Assembly: GCA_019638695.1 (NCBI GenBank)
Contig: JAHBTG010000006.1
Coordinates: 3,022 to 67,021, forward strand
From: Bacteroidota bacterium
Lineage (GTDB): Bacteria; Bacteroidota; Bacteroidia; J057; JAJTIE01
Direction of reading: 5' to 3'
Length of the DNA stretch: 64,000 nt
Positions 29,146 through 41,289 of the stretch are shown here, one piece after another. Both the position numbers and the translations under genes were made by a program. Position 1 is the first letter of the stretch, and each line of letters opens with the position of its first letter. The notes below the pieces were generated by a model. The model did not search any database. It saw only the letters and a list, made by a program, of their open reading frames with translations, and was not told the DNA's origin.

Positions 29146-30726
29146 ATGATAGAAGTTAGACCCGACGAAGTATCTGCCATCCTGCGGGAGCAGTTATCCG
29201 GCCTCAAGAGTGCAAAAGAGCTGGAAGAAGTTGGTACCGTCCTCCAGGTGGGCGATGGTATTGCACGTATCTATGGCCTCACCAGCGTGCAAGCCGGTGA
29301 GCTGATCGAGTTTGGTACCGGCCTCAAAGGTATGGTGCTGAACCTGGAAGAAGATAACGTGGGTGCCGTATTGTTTGGAGACTCCGAGGGTATCAAAGAA
29401 GGCGATACTGTGCGCCGCACCGGCAGAATTGCTTCCATCAATGTGGGCGAAGGGCTGCTGGGCCGTGTCATTAACCCGCTGGGAGAGCCTATCGATGGCA
29501 AAGGCCCCATCACCGGACAGTTGTATGAAAGCCCCCTGGAGCGCAAGGCGCCCGGGGTGATCTTCCGCCAGCCGGTAACCGAGCCCCTGCAAACCGGCCT
29601 TAAGGCGGTAGACGGTATGATTCCTATCGGCCGCGGACAGCGTGAGCTCATCATTGGCGACCGCTCGACGGGTAAGTCGGCCATTGCCATTGACACTATC
29701 ATCAACCAGCGTGCCGGCTGGGAGAGCGGTAAAGACCCCGTGTATTGTATCTATGTAGCTACCGGCCAGAAAGCGTCTACCATAGCCAATATCGTGAAGG
29801 TACTGGAGGATAACGGAGCGCTGGCTTATACCGTAATCGTAGCGGCTCCGGCATCCACCCCCACCCCGCTGCAGTTCTTTGCCCCGTTTGCTGGTGCTGC
29901 CATTGGCGAATACTTCCGCGACAGCGGCCGCCATGCGTTGGTGGTATACGATGACCTATCCAAGCAGGCCGTTGCTTATCGCGAGGTTTCCCTGCTGCTG
30001 CGCCGTCCTCCCGGACGTGAGGCATATCCCGGTGACGTGTTCTATCTCCACAGCCGCCTGCTGGAGCGTGCCGCCAAGATCATTGCCCGTGATGACGTGG
30101 CCAAGAATATGAACGACCTGCCCGAGTCTTTCAAGCCTATCGTAAAAGGGGGCGGTTCACTCACGGCGCTGCCTATCATTGAGACCCAGGCCGGTGACGT
30201 TTCCGCCTATATCCCGACGAACGTCATTTCTATTACCGACGGCCAGATATTCCTTGAGGGCGACCTCTTTAATGCTGGCGTACTCCCTGCTATCAACGTG
30301 GGTATTTCGGTGTCTCGCGTAGGCGGTTCCGCCCAGATCAAGTCCATGAAAAAAGTGGCAGGTACCCTTAAAGTGAGCCTCCAGCAGTATCGCGAGCTGG
30401 AAGCTTTTGCCAAGTTCGGTTCAGACCTGGATCCTGCCACGCAGTCCGAGATTGACAAGGGCCGCCGTAACGTGGAGTTCCTCAAGCAAAACCAGTATAG
30501 CCCGCTGGCAGTGGAGCATCAGGTGGCTGTCCTTTACGTGGGTACCAACAACCTGGCGCGTACTGTGCCTGTAGATAAGATCAAAGAGTTTGAGAAGAGC
30601 TATATCCAGCTGCTGCAGAGCAGCCACCGGGATGTGCTTGACCAGCTCAAGGCCGGTAAACTGGACGATACCATTGAGGCTACCCTGCGCAAAGCCGCTC
30701 AGGAAACAGCTGCCAACTTCGCCTAA
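29146..30726 (+). CDS. atpA: ATP synthase F1 subunit alpha
   Basis: [17 protein letters not shown] and [23 protein letters not shown] motifs. Confidence 0.99.
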   Translation: MIEVRPDEVSAILREQLSGLKSAKELEEVGTVLQVGDGIARIYGLTSVQAGELIEFGTGLKGMVLNLEEDNVGAVLFGDSEGIKEGDTVRRTGRIASINVGEGLLGRVINPLGEPIDGKGPITGQLYESPLERKAPGVIFRQPVTEPLQTGLKAVDGMIPIGRGQRELIIGDRSTGKSAIAIDTIINQRAGWESGKDPVYCIYVATGQKASTIANIVKVLEDNGALAYTVIVAAPASTPTPLQFFAPFAGAAIGEYFRDSGRHALVVYDDLSKQAVAYREVSLLLRRPPGREAYPGDVFYLHSRLLERAAKIIARDDVAKNMNDLPESFKPIVKGGGSLTALPIIETQAGDVSAYIPTNVISITDGQIFLEGDLFNAGVLPAINVGISVSRVGGSAQIKSMKKVAGTLKVSLQQYRELEAFAKFGSDLDPATQSEIDKGRRNVEFLKQNQYSPLAVEHQVAVLYVGTNNLARTVPVDKIKEFEKSYIQLLQSSHRDVLDQLKAGKLDDTIEATLRKAAQETAANFA

Positions 30727-30735
30727 TCCCTTGCC

Positions 30736-31626
30736 ATGCCCAGCTTAAAGGAAATACGCGCCCGTATCAAGAGTGTACAAACTACGCAACAGACTACCCG
30801 TGCCATGAAAATGGTGGCGGCCAGTAAGTTGCGCCGGGCGCAAGACAACATGATCCAGTTCCGGCCCTATGCCGCTAAACTGCGTACCCTGCTGGATAAC
30901 CTTGCTGCTTCGGCAGAGGGCCAGCTGAGCAGTCCGTATGCGGAGCCGCGTAGTGCAGATGGCACGGTGTTGCTGGTGCTCGTGACTTCTAACCGGGGCT
31001 TGTGCGGTGCCTTTAATGCCAATGTGCTCAAGCGCTTTATGCTGGATGTACTGGGCAAGTATGCAGAGAAGCGTGCTGCCGGTAAGCTCAAGGTATTGTG
31101 TGTGGGCAAGCGGGGGTATGATTTTGTGCAACGCCGGGGGTTACAGACAGTGGGCGAGAACCATGATGTGTTTGCCGGCATCTCTTTTGACAAGGTGAAT
31201 GCCGTAGCTTCTGAGGTTATGGATGGGTTTACGGAAGGCCATTGGGATGAAGTAGTGCTCTACTACAACTCCTTCAAGAATGTGGCCACCACCATACCCG
31301 TTGCTGAGAAGATGCTGCCGGTAGTAGTGGAACCCCACGCTGAAGAACCCGTAGCGCAGGCGGTAGATTACATCTTTGAGCCTGCCAAGGAAGAGATGCT
31401 GGTGGCATTAATTCCCGATATACTGCGCAGCCAGTTCTATCGTGTTTGCCTGGAGAGCAATGCGGCAGAGCAAGGCGCCCGGATGATTGCGATGGATAAT
31501 GCTACCGAGAATGCCCAGGAGCTGATAGATAAGCTCAAGCTTATCTTCAACAAGGCCCGTCAGGCGTCCATCACCAAGGAGATCCTCGAGATTGTATCTG
31601 GTGCAGAAGCCCTCAGTGGCAAATAA
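30736..31626 (+). CDS. atpG: ATP synthase F1 subunit gamma
   Basis: AMKMVAASK, RGLCGAFN and RQASITKEILEIVSGA motifs. Confidence 0.98.
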   Translation: MPSLKEIRARIKSVQTTQQTTRAMKMVAASKLRRAQDNMIQFRPYAAKLRTLLDNLAASAEGQLSSPYAEPRSADGTVLLVLVTSNRGLCGAFNANVLKRFMLDVLGKYAEKRAAGKLKVLCVGKRGYDFVQRRGLQTVGENHDVFAGISFDKVNAVASEVMDGFTEGHWDEVVLYYNSFKNVATTIPVAEKMLPVVVEPHAEEPVAQAVDYIFEPAKEEMLVALIPDILRSQFYRVCLESNAAEQGARMIAMDNATENAQELIDKLKLIFNKARQASITKEILEIVSGAEALSGK

Positions 31627-31636
31627 GTCATCTTGT

Positions 31637-32077
31637 ATGCAAGTTCAAAGCCCATACGTCCGCCCGTTCGTATGGGCTTTTCTTTTGCTGCTAAGCCTGC
31701 TGTGGAGCTGTGCAGACCCGGGCGCCACTGAGCAGGCTGCTTCCCCTAAAGCCAGCCAGCAGGTGCCTCGGGACCAGGATGCTTCTGAAGAGGAAAAACC
31801 TGCTGCCAGGCCTGTGGCCACTGCACAGGAGCATACCCGGAACCTGGTCTCTGCCTTTCAGGGAAATTATGCACAAATAGAGAATGCGCTCAAGACGGTG
31901 GCCCTGCCTTCCCTGGTGCTGGATGACATTGAAGGGTATGACCTGGCCAACCCCAGGCTTCTGGACTGTGCGCATGATTGTTGCACCGTAGAGTTTGAAT
32001 CCGGCATTACGAAGCGTGTATACCGGTTTTGCTGGCAGGACGGTAAACTGGCCCAGGTGATCTGGCAAAAGCGATAA
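31637..32077 (+). CDS. Hypothetical lipoprotein
   Basis: Hydrophobic signal with lipobox LWSC. Confidence 0.6.
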   Translation: MQVQSPYVRPFVWAFLLLLSLLWSCADPGATEQAASPKASQQVPRDQDASEEEKPAARPVATAQEHTRNLVSAFQGNYAQIENALKTVALPSLVLDDIEGYDLANPRLLDCAHDCCTVEFESGITKRVYRFCWQDGKLAQVIWQKR

Positions 32078-32104
32078 AGGAAGGGGAGGGATGCCGGAGA
32101 AGCC

Positions 32105-32515
32105 CTATCCGGGCATACGGCTCTCATCCATGAACAGCACATTCCAGCGATGGCCTTCCAGGTCCGTAAACCCGCAGGCATACATCCAGCCCATAATCTC
32201 TGTAGGTGCTCCAAAGACAACCCCGCCGCCTTCGGCAGCTATACGCGCCAGGTTATCCACTTCTTCACGGCTTTCTGCATCTATGGAGATCAGCACCTCC
32301 GTGCCTGCCCGGGTATCGGCTGCCGCCTGCCCGGCCACTTGCTGGAATGCCTCTTCTGTGAATAACATCACTATCGTGCCCGGGTTGCCCACCCGCATGC
32401 TTGCAGATTGAGGGCTCTCCCGCCGGGAATCAAATGTAAAGCCCAGTTTTGTATAGAAATCCTTGGCTGCGGCCAGGTCCTTTACCGGCAGGTTTAACCA
32501 GAGTTGCTTGGTCAT
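32105..32515 (-). CDS. VOC/glyoxalase family protein
   Basis: NLPVKDL..AKDFY..LGF and WMY...F.DLEGHRW motifs. Confidence 0.9.
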   Translation of the reverse strand: MTKQLWLNLPVKDLAAAKDFYTKLGFTFDSRRESPQSASMRVGNPGTIVMLFTEEAFQQVAGQAAADTRAGTEVLISIDAESREEVDNLARIAAEGGGVVFGAPTEIMGWMYACGFTDLEGHRWNVLFMDESRMPG

Positions 32516-32565
32516 GGCTTGAGAGTTACAGTGGGTATTCTTGAAAGTAAAGTAAATCTACACAC

Positions 32566-33756
32566 CTATGCGGTGCTGCTGTCTTGGCAGCTCAGGGTTT
32601 TCAGGGTTTCTCCGGTTTCGGTGCCGGGCCCAGGGGATGCCTGCTTACCCATAAGCGCTCTTACAAAGCGGTTTTGCGGGTAGAAGGTGCTGGCCAGGAC
32701 CCGCAGGGTCGTGTATGTCGGTATGGCGATGATCATACCGATGATGCCCCCTACCTGTCCGCCGATCAGGATGACCACAAAGATCTCCAGGGGGTGTGCC
32801 TTGATGCTGGCGCCAAAAAGAAAAGGCTGCAGCAAGAATCCGTCTATCATTTGCACGGTAAGGAATATGGCGGCAATGAGTGCCAGCATGGGCAATAACT
32901 CCGAATAAAAGGGCTGATCCATGTGTGTGGTCAGGTAAAAGAGCATACCCACACCTGAGCCTATCAGAGGCCCCAGGTAGGGTACCAGGTTCAGCAGGCC
33001 GCCGAACAGCCCGATGACCAATGCATTTTGGTAGCCAATGATCCAGAGGCCAAGCGCCAGTAGCCCGCTCACGCACAGTACCTGGCAAAGAAGCCCCAGG
33101 ATATAACGCCTTAACAGCCGCTTGACATCTTCAATGGCATTGGCCATTTTATCATTCTGGTTGTCCGGCACTATGGTAATGAATATCTGGTGCAGGGTGC
33201 CGGGTTGTTTCAGGAAAAAGAAGCTCATAAAGAGCACCGCAAAGATGCCCATGATAAATCCCCCCACATTAGTGGCAAAGCCTGAGAGGCTGGTGAGCAA
33301 ACCGCTGCGCATCATGTGGCTGGCAGTTTGTTCCAGGTTGGCTTTGGCCTCTGTGATGATCTGCGTACTGTTCATTCCCAGCCTACTTAGGCGCTGTTCC
33401 AGGGCGTTCAGCGGCTCTTGCAAGGATACGGCCAGTGACCCGGGATCCAGGGATAACAGGGCTTCTGTCTGGGTAATGAGTAGTGGTGCCAGCGCCCACA
33501 GCACCAGCGCAAAGGCAGCAACCAGGCTCAGCAGGGTAAGCAGAGCGGCCACACTGCCCGGTAAACCTACACGGCGGGTGATGCGCAGTTGATAATATGC
33601 CCGGTACAGGGGGCGGCCTATCAAGGTGACCAGGGCCGCTATCAGAAAGTAAAATACGATATTCCGCAGGTAATAGAGTGCCACGGCTATGCCGGCCAGG
33701 AGTGCTAGCTGTAAAAGTGGCTTCAGCCAGGAATTGTGTGTTTTGTTTAGCAGCAT
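32566..33756 (-). CDS. AI-2E family transporter
   Basis: Multi-TM; NLVPYLGP, QP and HPLEIF...GG..GG..GM motifs. Confidence 0.9.
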   Translation of the reverse strand: MLLNKTHNSWLKPLLQLALLAGIAVALYYLRNIVFYFLIAALVTLIGRPLYRAYYQLRITRRVGLPGSVAALLTLLSLVAAFALVLWALAPLLITQTEALLSLDPGSLAVSLQEPLNALEQRLSRLGMNSTQIITEAKANLEQTASHMMRSGLLTSLSGFATNVGGFIMGIFAVLFMSFFFLKQPGTLHQIFITIVPDNQNDKMANAIEDVKRLLRRYILGLLCQVLCVSGLLALGLWIIGYQNALVIGLFGGLLNLVPYLGPLIGSGVGMLFYLTTHMDQPFYSELLPMLALIAAIFLTVQMIDGFLLQPFLFGASIKAHPLEIFVVILIGGQVGGIIGMIIAIPTYTTLRVLASTFYPQNRFVRALMGKQASPGPGTETGETLKTLSCQDSSTA

Positions 33757-33772
33757 AGATGCCAATTTAGGC

Positions 33773-33808
33773 AAAAAATAAGGGAGCTATAAAAGCCCCC
33801 TTATTTTT
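33773..33808 (-). terminator. Intrinsic terminator after the YccA-like gene
   Basis: AAAAATAAGGG.GCT-loop-AGC.CCCTTATTTTT inverted repeat. Confidence 0.8.
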
Positions 33809-33829
33809 GAAGAGATGATAACCGTGTCC

Positions 33830-34606
33830 TTAGTCGCGGCTGCTACCCATGAAGCGGAGCAGGAACAGGAACAGGTTGATAAAGTTCATGTAGAGTGTGA
33901 GTGCGCCCAGCAGGCCGGCCTTCTTGCCTTCTTCGGTATTATGCTCTACCAAACCACTGGTTTGCACAATGCTCTGCATGTTGAAGGGAATCATGGCAGT
34001 GAAGATGAGCACACCGGCAGCGCCATAGATGAAGCCCAGCGTTTCACTCTTCATGAAGAGGTTCACCAGGCCCACGATCACCAGGCCGATGATAGCCATT
34101 GTGAAATAGCTGCTGTATTTGGTAAGGTCTATCTTGGTAGTGAGCCCGATAATGGCCATTACGCCGAACATGCCTGCCGTAGTAAAGAAGGTCAGCGCAA
34201 TGCTACCCCCCGTGTACACCACGAATATGCTGCTCAGGGACAAGCCCATCACCGCTGCAAATAGCCCGAACACGACGGAAGCCGCCATGAAGCTCAGCCG
34301 GTTGATGCCGAAGCTGAGGACGAGGATGAAGACAAAGGGCGCAAACATGATCACCCAGCGCAAGGGCGTGGTAAACATGGTCTTAAGCAACCCGTCTGGC
34401 ATGTAGGTGCTGTTGGATGCCCTGAAGACTTCCAGGTCTGCCAGCAGGTTTTGCCCCACCCCATAGGCTACCAGGCCGGTAATACCCAGTCCTATAGCCA
34501 TGATGGCCAGGACTTGCTTCAAAAATGCGTTTACCGCGGGTACAGAAAGGCTGCTGCCGTCTGCCGCGGTAGTATTCCAGGAGGAATTTCCGTAGTAATT
34601 ATTCAT
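33830..34606 (-). CDS. Bax inhibitor-1/YccA family membrane protein
   Basis: About 7 TMs; GLTTKIDLT and GALTLYMNFINLFLFLLR motifs. Confidence 0.92.
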   Translation of the reverse strand: MNNYYGNSSWNTTAADGSSLSVPAVNAFLKQVLAIMAIGLGITGLVAYGVGQNLLADLEVFRASNSTYMPDGLLKTMFTTPLRWVIMFAPFVFILVLSFGINRLSFMAASVVFGLFAAVMGLSLSSIFVVYTGGSIALTFFTTAGMFGVMAIIGLTTKIDLTKYSSYFTMAIIGLVIVGLVNLFMKSETLGFIYGAAGVLIFTAMIPFNMQSIVQTSGLVEHNTEEGKKAGLLGALTLYMNFINLFLFLLRFMGSSRD

Positions 34607-34754
34607 GACTCAATTCAGGTAATTAGAATTCTGCTGCTATATTACGGGTAAAGTGTGCCAGTTGTTTCAGGTCTTTATTAATTTTTGGCACAGGCTTTGC
34701 CTTGCATTTAGTCAGAAAGTTTAAATTTATCCTTAATCCTCTAAAAACACTTCT

Positions 34755-35774
34755 ATGAAAAGCTTGTTTACTTTCTTGCTCTGTTGGGGGCTTTGCAGCT
34801 CTGCCCTGTGGGCGCAGCCTTCTGCGCTTATCCTGTCCTCGGATGATGGAGAACCTTTGCATTTGTTTGTAGATGGTGCGCAGATCAATGAATTGCCTGC
34901 TACCCAGATCTTCTCCGGGCCCTTAGATCCCGGTTCTCACCGCCTGCGCGTGGTGGTTTACCAGGGTGCAGATGCCATTGAGGTTAAGAAAGCCGGTTAT
35001 ATGGAGCCCGGTATGGTCTACTATGCCACTGTCATGCGCAACAAAAAAGGCGAGTATATCATGCGCGATTATAATATGGTTACCTGGGACGGCCGCAATC
35101 CGCTGGATACCGGTCAGCCTGCCCCCGTAAACCCGGTGACGACCAACCCCAATACCACCACCTACACCGAAACGGTAAATCCGGGTGTTACGGAAACGCG
35201 TACCAACACTACCCATACGACTAATGTGAACACCGGTTTCTCCAATACCAACGTGCGTGAGGATGGTGACCGGGTCAATATGGACGTGAATATGATGGGT
35301 ATCCGGGTGAATGTGGATGTCAATGCCAATGAGAACGGTATGAACATGAACTACCGGGACAACATGGGTACTACCTCCAATACCCATACTACCGGCACGA
35401 CTACGTCTACTACTACCACCACCACTACTACCGGTACGCCTGCACCTCACCACGGTACCCCGCATCGCGCAGGTTGTCCTGCTCCCATGAGCAGCGATGC
35501 CCTTTCTGCTGCATTGGGTAGCATTCGCAGCAAAAGCTTTGAAGATACCCGCCTGTCTGTGGCCAAGCAGGTGCTGAACAGCAACTGCCTGTTCAGCCAG
35601 GACATTGCCGCTATTTGCAAGCTGTTTGACTTTGAAGCCACCCGCCTGGACTTTGCAAAATATGCCTATGGTCGTACTTTTGATCCCGAGAACTACTTCG
35701 TGGTCAATGATGTCTTTGACTTCGAGAGTTCGATAACCGATCTCACCAATTACATTGCAACCCAACGCCGATAG
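34755..35774 (+). CDS. Secreted DUF4476-domain protein with Thr/Asn-rich linker
   Basis: Signal peptide; C-terminal SFEDTRL..AKQ...NC...F.FE..RLDFAKYAY..D.ENY. Confidence 0.8.
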   Translation: MKSLFTFLLCWGLCSSALWAQPSALILSSDDGEPLHLFVDGAQINELPATQIFSGPLDPGSHRLRVVVYQGADAIEVKKAGYMEPGMVYYATVMRNKKGEYIMRDYNMVTWDGRNPLDTGQPAPVNPVTTNPNTTTYTETVNPGVTETRTNTTHTTNVNTGFSNTNVREDGDRVNMDVNMMGIRVNVDVNANENGMNMNYRDNMGTTSNTHTTGTTTSTTTTTTTTGTPAPHHGTPHRAGCPAPMSSDALSAALGSIRSKSFEDTRLSVAKQVLNSNCLFSQDIAAICKLFDFEATRLDFAKYAYGRTFDPENYFVVNDVFDFESSITDLTNYIATQRR

Positions 35775-36444
35775 TCCCGTCCCCCTGCTGCACGCCAGCG
35801 GCTTGTGCAAACGCTATGGCCAGCTGGAAGTGCTCAAGGGCATAGACTTTCGGCTGATGCAAGGGCAGGCTACTGCCCTGGTAGGTGCCAGCGGCGCCGG
35901 TAAAAGCACTTTGCTGCAGTTGCTGGGTACCCTGGACTATCCGGATGCCGGGGAAGTATACTTCAAACACGAGCGGCTCGATACCCAGAATCCTAAAGCC
36001 CAGGCGCGGTTTCGCAACCGTCACCTGGGCTTTGTGTTTCAGTTTCACCATCTGTTGCCGGAGTTTACCGCGCTGGAGAATGCTGCGATGCCCGCTTATA
36101 TTGCCGGAGTACCGCGCAAGGAAGCCGAACAGCGTGCCGCCGAATGGCTGGCTTGGCTGGGCCTGGCAGAACGCCTGCATCATAAACCCGGCGAGCTCAG
36201 TGGCGGAGAACAGCAGCGCACGGCAGTAGCCCGCGCCCTCATCAATCAGCCGGATCTCCTGCTGGCAGATGAACCTACCGGTAACCTGGATTCTGAGAAT
36301 GGAGAACGGTTATTCCGGCTTTTTCTGCAACTGGCAGAGGAAAAGGGCGTTACCCTGCTGATCGCTACCCATAACCCGGATTTTGCCCGGCGGTGCCACC
36401 GCCAGCTCTATATCCGCGACGGCCTGTTGAGCGAACAGCTATGA
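35755..36444 (+). CDS. ABC ATP-binding protein, LolD-like
   Basis: GASGAGKST, GFVFQFHHLLPEF, LSGGEQQR, ADEPTGNLD and ATHN motifs; TTG start uncertain. Confidence 0.88.
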   Translation: MQPNADSPVPLLHASGLCKRYGQLEVLKGIDFRLMQGQATALVGASGAGKSTLLQLLGTLDYPDAGEVYFKHERLDTQNPKAQARFRNRHLGFVFQFHHLLPEFTALENAAMPAYIAGVPRKEAEQRAAEWLAWLGLAERLHHKPGELSGGEQQRTAVARALINQPDLLLADEPTGNLDSENGERLFRLFLQLAEEKGVTLLIATHNPDFARRCHRQLYIRDGLLSEQL

Positions 36445-38147
36445 CCGCTCTGCATCCGCTGCTGCAACGTTATTGGGGTTATGCAGATTTCCGTCCCCTG
36501 CAACAGGAAATCATAGAGAGCGTGCTCGCCGGGCATGATACCCTGGCGCTGTTGCCCACCGGAGGGGGGAAATCGCTCACCTATCAGGTGGCAGGGCTGG
36601 CGCTGGGTGGCATTACCCTGGTCATATCACCTCTCATTGCATTGATGGAAGACCAGGTAAAGGGCCTGGAGGCCCGGGGTATCCCTGCGGTGGCCTTGCA
36701 CAGCCTGCTGTCGGCCCAGGAGCAAACCTATCGCCTGAACGAGTGCCTGCGGGGCCGCTACCGTTTCCTATACCTGAGTCCCGAACGGCTGGGCACCGCT
36801 TTGGTTCAACATGCCCTGGGTAAGTTGCCGGTGCGCTTGCTGGCTGTGGATGAAGCGCATTGTATCAGCCAGTGGGGGTATGATTTTCGTCCGGCTTACC
36901 GGCAGATCATTGCTGTGCGGCCGCAGCTCAGGTGCCCTGTACTGGCGCTCACGGCCAGTGCCACGCCGGATGTGCAGGATGATATCTGCAGGCAACTCAG
37001 TATGCCCGCCGCCCGCCGCTGGCAGCAGTCTTTTGCACGCCCCAACCTTGCCTACCGGGTAGTGCCCAGTGCAGATAAATGGCAAGTCCTGCAGGCAGTG
37101 CTGAAGGCCTACTCCGGCAGCGCCATTATCTACGTGCGCAGCCGCAAGCTTACAGAGCAGATATCCCAGGGTTTGGTGCAGCAGGGGATTCCGGCAGCCC
37201 CCTATCATGCCGGGCTGGGAGGTGAAAAACGCATGGCTACCCAGGAAGGATGGATGCAGGGGCAGCCTCGGGTGGTGGTGGCTACCAATGCATTTGGCAT
37301 GGGTATAGACAAGCCCGATGTGCGCGTGGTGATACACTGGCAGCTGCCGCCCGACCTGGAGAGCTATTACCAGGAAAGCGGCCGTGCCGGGCGGGATGGG
37401 TTTTCTGCACAGGCGATTGCCCTGCTGGGTAACCAGGACCTGGCCCAGCTGGCGCAGCAGCACCGTCAGCAGTACCCGGATATGGAACAGCTTGCGCAGG
37501 TATATGAGGCGTTGTGCGCCCAATTTCGGGTAGACACACAGACTACGCCGCCGCATCCCTTCCCCTTTGCCTGGGAGCCGGTGGCAGAGCGCGCCGGCTT
37601 GTCTCCATATGTGTGTATGGCTGCTGTGCGTCAGCTGGAAGTGGCAGGTTTTGTGCAGGTAGAGGACCTGCCGGAGGCTGCGCCTCTCCTTCGGTTCTTG
37701 CAGGAACCGCACCGGCTGGCCGCCTGGAAGCTGCACTATCCCCAGTTTCAGCCCCTTATAGACGGATTGCTGCGCACGGTGGGCGGCCTGGCCTTTGAAG
37801 AACCCGTGCCGTTGGATGTGCCTACGCTTTGTCGGCTGGTGGAACAGCCCCGTGGGGCTGTGGAAGTGCTGCTGGTGCGCCTGGATAAGCTGGGTGTGCT
37901 GAGCTACCGGGCAGCTGCCGGCGGGCTGCGTATCCGCTTTTGCAAGCCGCATATTCCGCTGGACAAATACCAGCTGGATTGGGAGGCTTACCAGCAGCGT
38001 GCCGCCCGTGCCCAGGCCCGGCTGGAGGCTTTACTGGCCTATGCCGGATCTGCTGAAACCTGCCGCATGCGCAGCCTGTGCAGTTATTTTGGGGAAAACC
38101 TGACCGCAGATTGCGGTCGTTGTGATGTTTGTGCAGAACAAGGTTGA
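36441..38147 (+). CDS. recQ: RecQ family ATP-dependent DNA helicase
   Basis: PTGGGKS, DEAHCISQWGYDFRP, ATNAFGMGIDKPDVR, QESGRAGRDG and CR...CGRCDVC motifs. Confidence 0.93.
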   Translation: MTALHPLLQRYWGYADFRPLQQEIIESVLAGHDTLALLPTGGGKSLTYQVAGLALGGITLVISPLIALMEDQVKGLEARGIPAVALHSLLSAQEQTYRLNECLRGRYRFLYLSPERLGTALVQHALGKLPVRLLAVDEAHCISQWGYDFRPAYRQIIAVRPQLRCPVLALTASATPDVQDDICRQLSMPAARRWQQSFARPNLAYRVVPSADKWQVLQAVLKAYSGSAIIYVRSRKLTEQISQGLVQQGIPAAPYHAGLGGEKRMATQEGWMQGQPRVVVATNAFGMGIDKPDVRVVIHWQLPPDLESYYQESGRAGRDGFSAQAIALLGNQDLAQLAQQHRQQYPDMEQLAQVYEALCAQFRVDTQTTPPHPFPFAWEPVAERAGLSPYVCMAAVRQLEVAGFVQVEDLPEAAPLLRFLQEPHRLAAWKLHYPQFQPLIDGLLRTVGGLAFEEPVPLDVPTLCRLVEQPRGAVEVLLVRLDKLGVLSYRAAAGGLRIRFCKPHIPLDKYQLDWEAYQQRAARAQARLEALLAYAGSAETCRMRSLCSYFGENLTADCGRCDVCAEQG

Positions 38148-38154
38148 TTGCACG

Positions 38155-39826
<1,672 letters not shown>

Positions 39827-39854
39827 TGCCCGGATTCCCCTATTTGCTATACCC

Positions 39855-41285
39855 ATGGATTTCATAGATAGTAGTAAGTTTATAAGTACTATTGACATCT
39901 TTGGGATAATTATATCTACAATAGTCGTTGTTTTTGTCTTCTATTCTATAGGAAAAGCCCGCTACAAAAAAGACCCCGACTGGCGTTTTTTTATGCCCGG
40001 ATTATTGATCCGTATCCTGGGGGGGATTGCCGTAGGCCTGGTATATAATTACTATTATGGAGGGGGAGATACGCTCAACTTCTTCAGGGGTGCCCGTCAT
40101 ATCGCAGTCATCTCTACTACAGACCTGGACGCCGGCTGGCATTATCTTACACTGAATCCTGAGGAGCAAACGCTGGAACGTATCAACAATGACCAGGTGC
40201 TCCTGAACTATGGAGTACTGGATTATTACCGGGATCCGCAAAACTACATGATGGTAGTGTTCCTGACACCTTTTGCCCTGTTAGGATTGTTTAGTTACTT
40301 GGGGACATCGGTATATGTTTCTGCCATGTGCTTCCTTGGGGCCTGGGCCATGTACCGGGCCGTTGCCAGTTTTTACCCCGATCTTCGGAAGCAACTGGCT
40401 TATATCATCTTGTTTTTGCCTACCCTTGTCTTTTGGGGTGGGGGCATTTTCAAGGATAGTCTTGCGCTCTCTGTTGTGGGCATTCTTTTTTATGCCGCGG
40501 TAAAGCTGTTGCGCTCCAACTTCAGGAACTATACGATGCTGGTGATCTCTGTGCCTTTGATTTATTTCGTAGGGGTAGTCAAGGAATACGTCTTATATAG
40601 TTTCGTGCCCCTATTGGTGTTTTACCTGGTATTGTCTGTAAAAGAAAAAGTGCAGAACCGGTCCTTGCGCCTGGCGATTACCCCGTTTCTTTTTGTGGTA
40701 TCGCTTGTCGGGGGGTATTTTGTATTGAGTAAGCTCAGTGGGCAAAGTGATAAATATAGCCTGGATGTGGTGGCAGACCGCGCCCAGATTACCCACGATG
40801 ACCTGGTGCGTGATTATTATTACGTCAAAGCAGAAGGCAGCGTATACGATATAGGTGCTTTTGATGCCGAAAACCCTTTATCCCTTATTACCAAGATTCC
40901 CCTGGCCCTTTCGGTTACTTTCATAAGACCCTTCTTCTGGGAGATTAATAATAATCCTTTCATGATATTATCTGCCCTGGAAAGCTTGTTCATCACCTGT
41001 GTCATTATCTATATCTTCACCAGGGTAGGGGTTGTCCGCACCATTTATCTCATCTCCAGTCGCCCTCTCCTGATCTTCTTCTTTGTATTTTCTCTCACTT
41101 TCGGGTTCATGGTGGGCCTCACATCGGGCAACTATGGCAACCTGGCCCGGTATAAAATACCCTGCGTGCCTTTTTTCCTGTGCGGCCTATATATTTTGCT
41201 GGAAGAAGTAAAGATTGCCCGCAAGAAACTGGATGATGAGCGAATGGCCCGCAAAATCGCCCGTTTGCGGGTTATAGAAACCTGA
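39855..41285 (+). CDS. Polytopic membrane protein, GT-C/Wzy-like glycan-related family
   Basis: About 11-12 TMs; GGGDT, FLPTLVFWGGGIFKD, RPFFWE and NYGNLARYK motifs; AT-richer than neighbours. Confidence 0.6.
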   Translation: MDFIDSSKFISTIDIFGIIISTIVVVFVFYSIGKARYKKDPDWRFFMPGLLIRILGGIAVGLVYNYYYGGGDTLNFFRGARHIAVISTTDLDAGWHYLTLNPEEQTLERINNDQVLLNYGVLDYYRDPQNYMMVVFLTPFALLGLFSYLGTSVYVSAMCFLGAWAMYRAVASFYPDLRKQLAYIILFLPTLVFWGGGIFKDSLALSVVGILFYAAVKLLRSNFRNYTMLVISVPLIYFVGVVKEYVLYSFVPLLVFYLVLSVKEKVQNRSLRLAITPFLFVVSLVGGYFVLSKLSGQSDKYSLDVVADRAQITHDDLVRDYYYVKAEGSVYDIGAFDAENPLSLITKIPLALSVTFIRPFFWEINNNPFMILSALESLFITCVIIYIFTRVGVVRTIYLISSRPLLIFFFVFSLTFGFMVGLTSGNYGNLARYKIPCVPFFLCGLYILLEEVKIARKKLDDERMARKIARLRVIET

Positions 41286-41289
41286 TGCC

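Noticed and set aside
35387-35436. ACY trinucleotide run as a phase-variable repeat
   Set aside because: An imperfect in-frame poly-Thr linker; slippage would not shift the frame.
36768-37952. 394-aa minus-strand ORF
   Set aside because: Antisense shadow of recQ.
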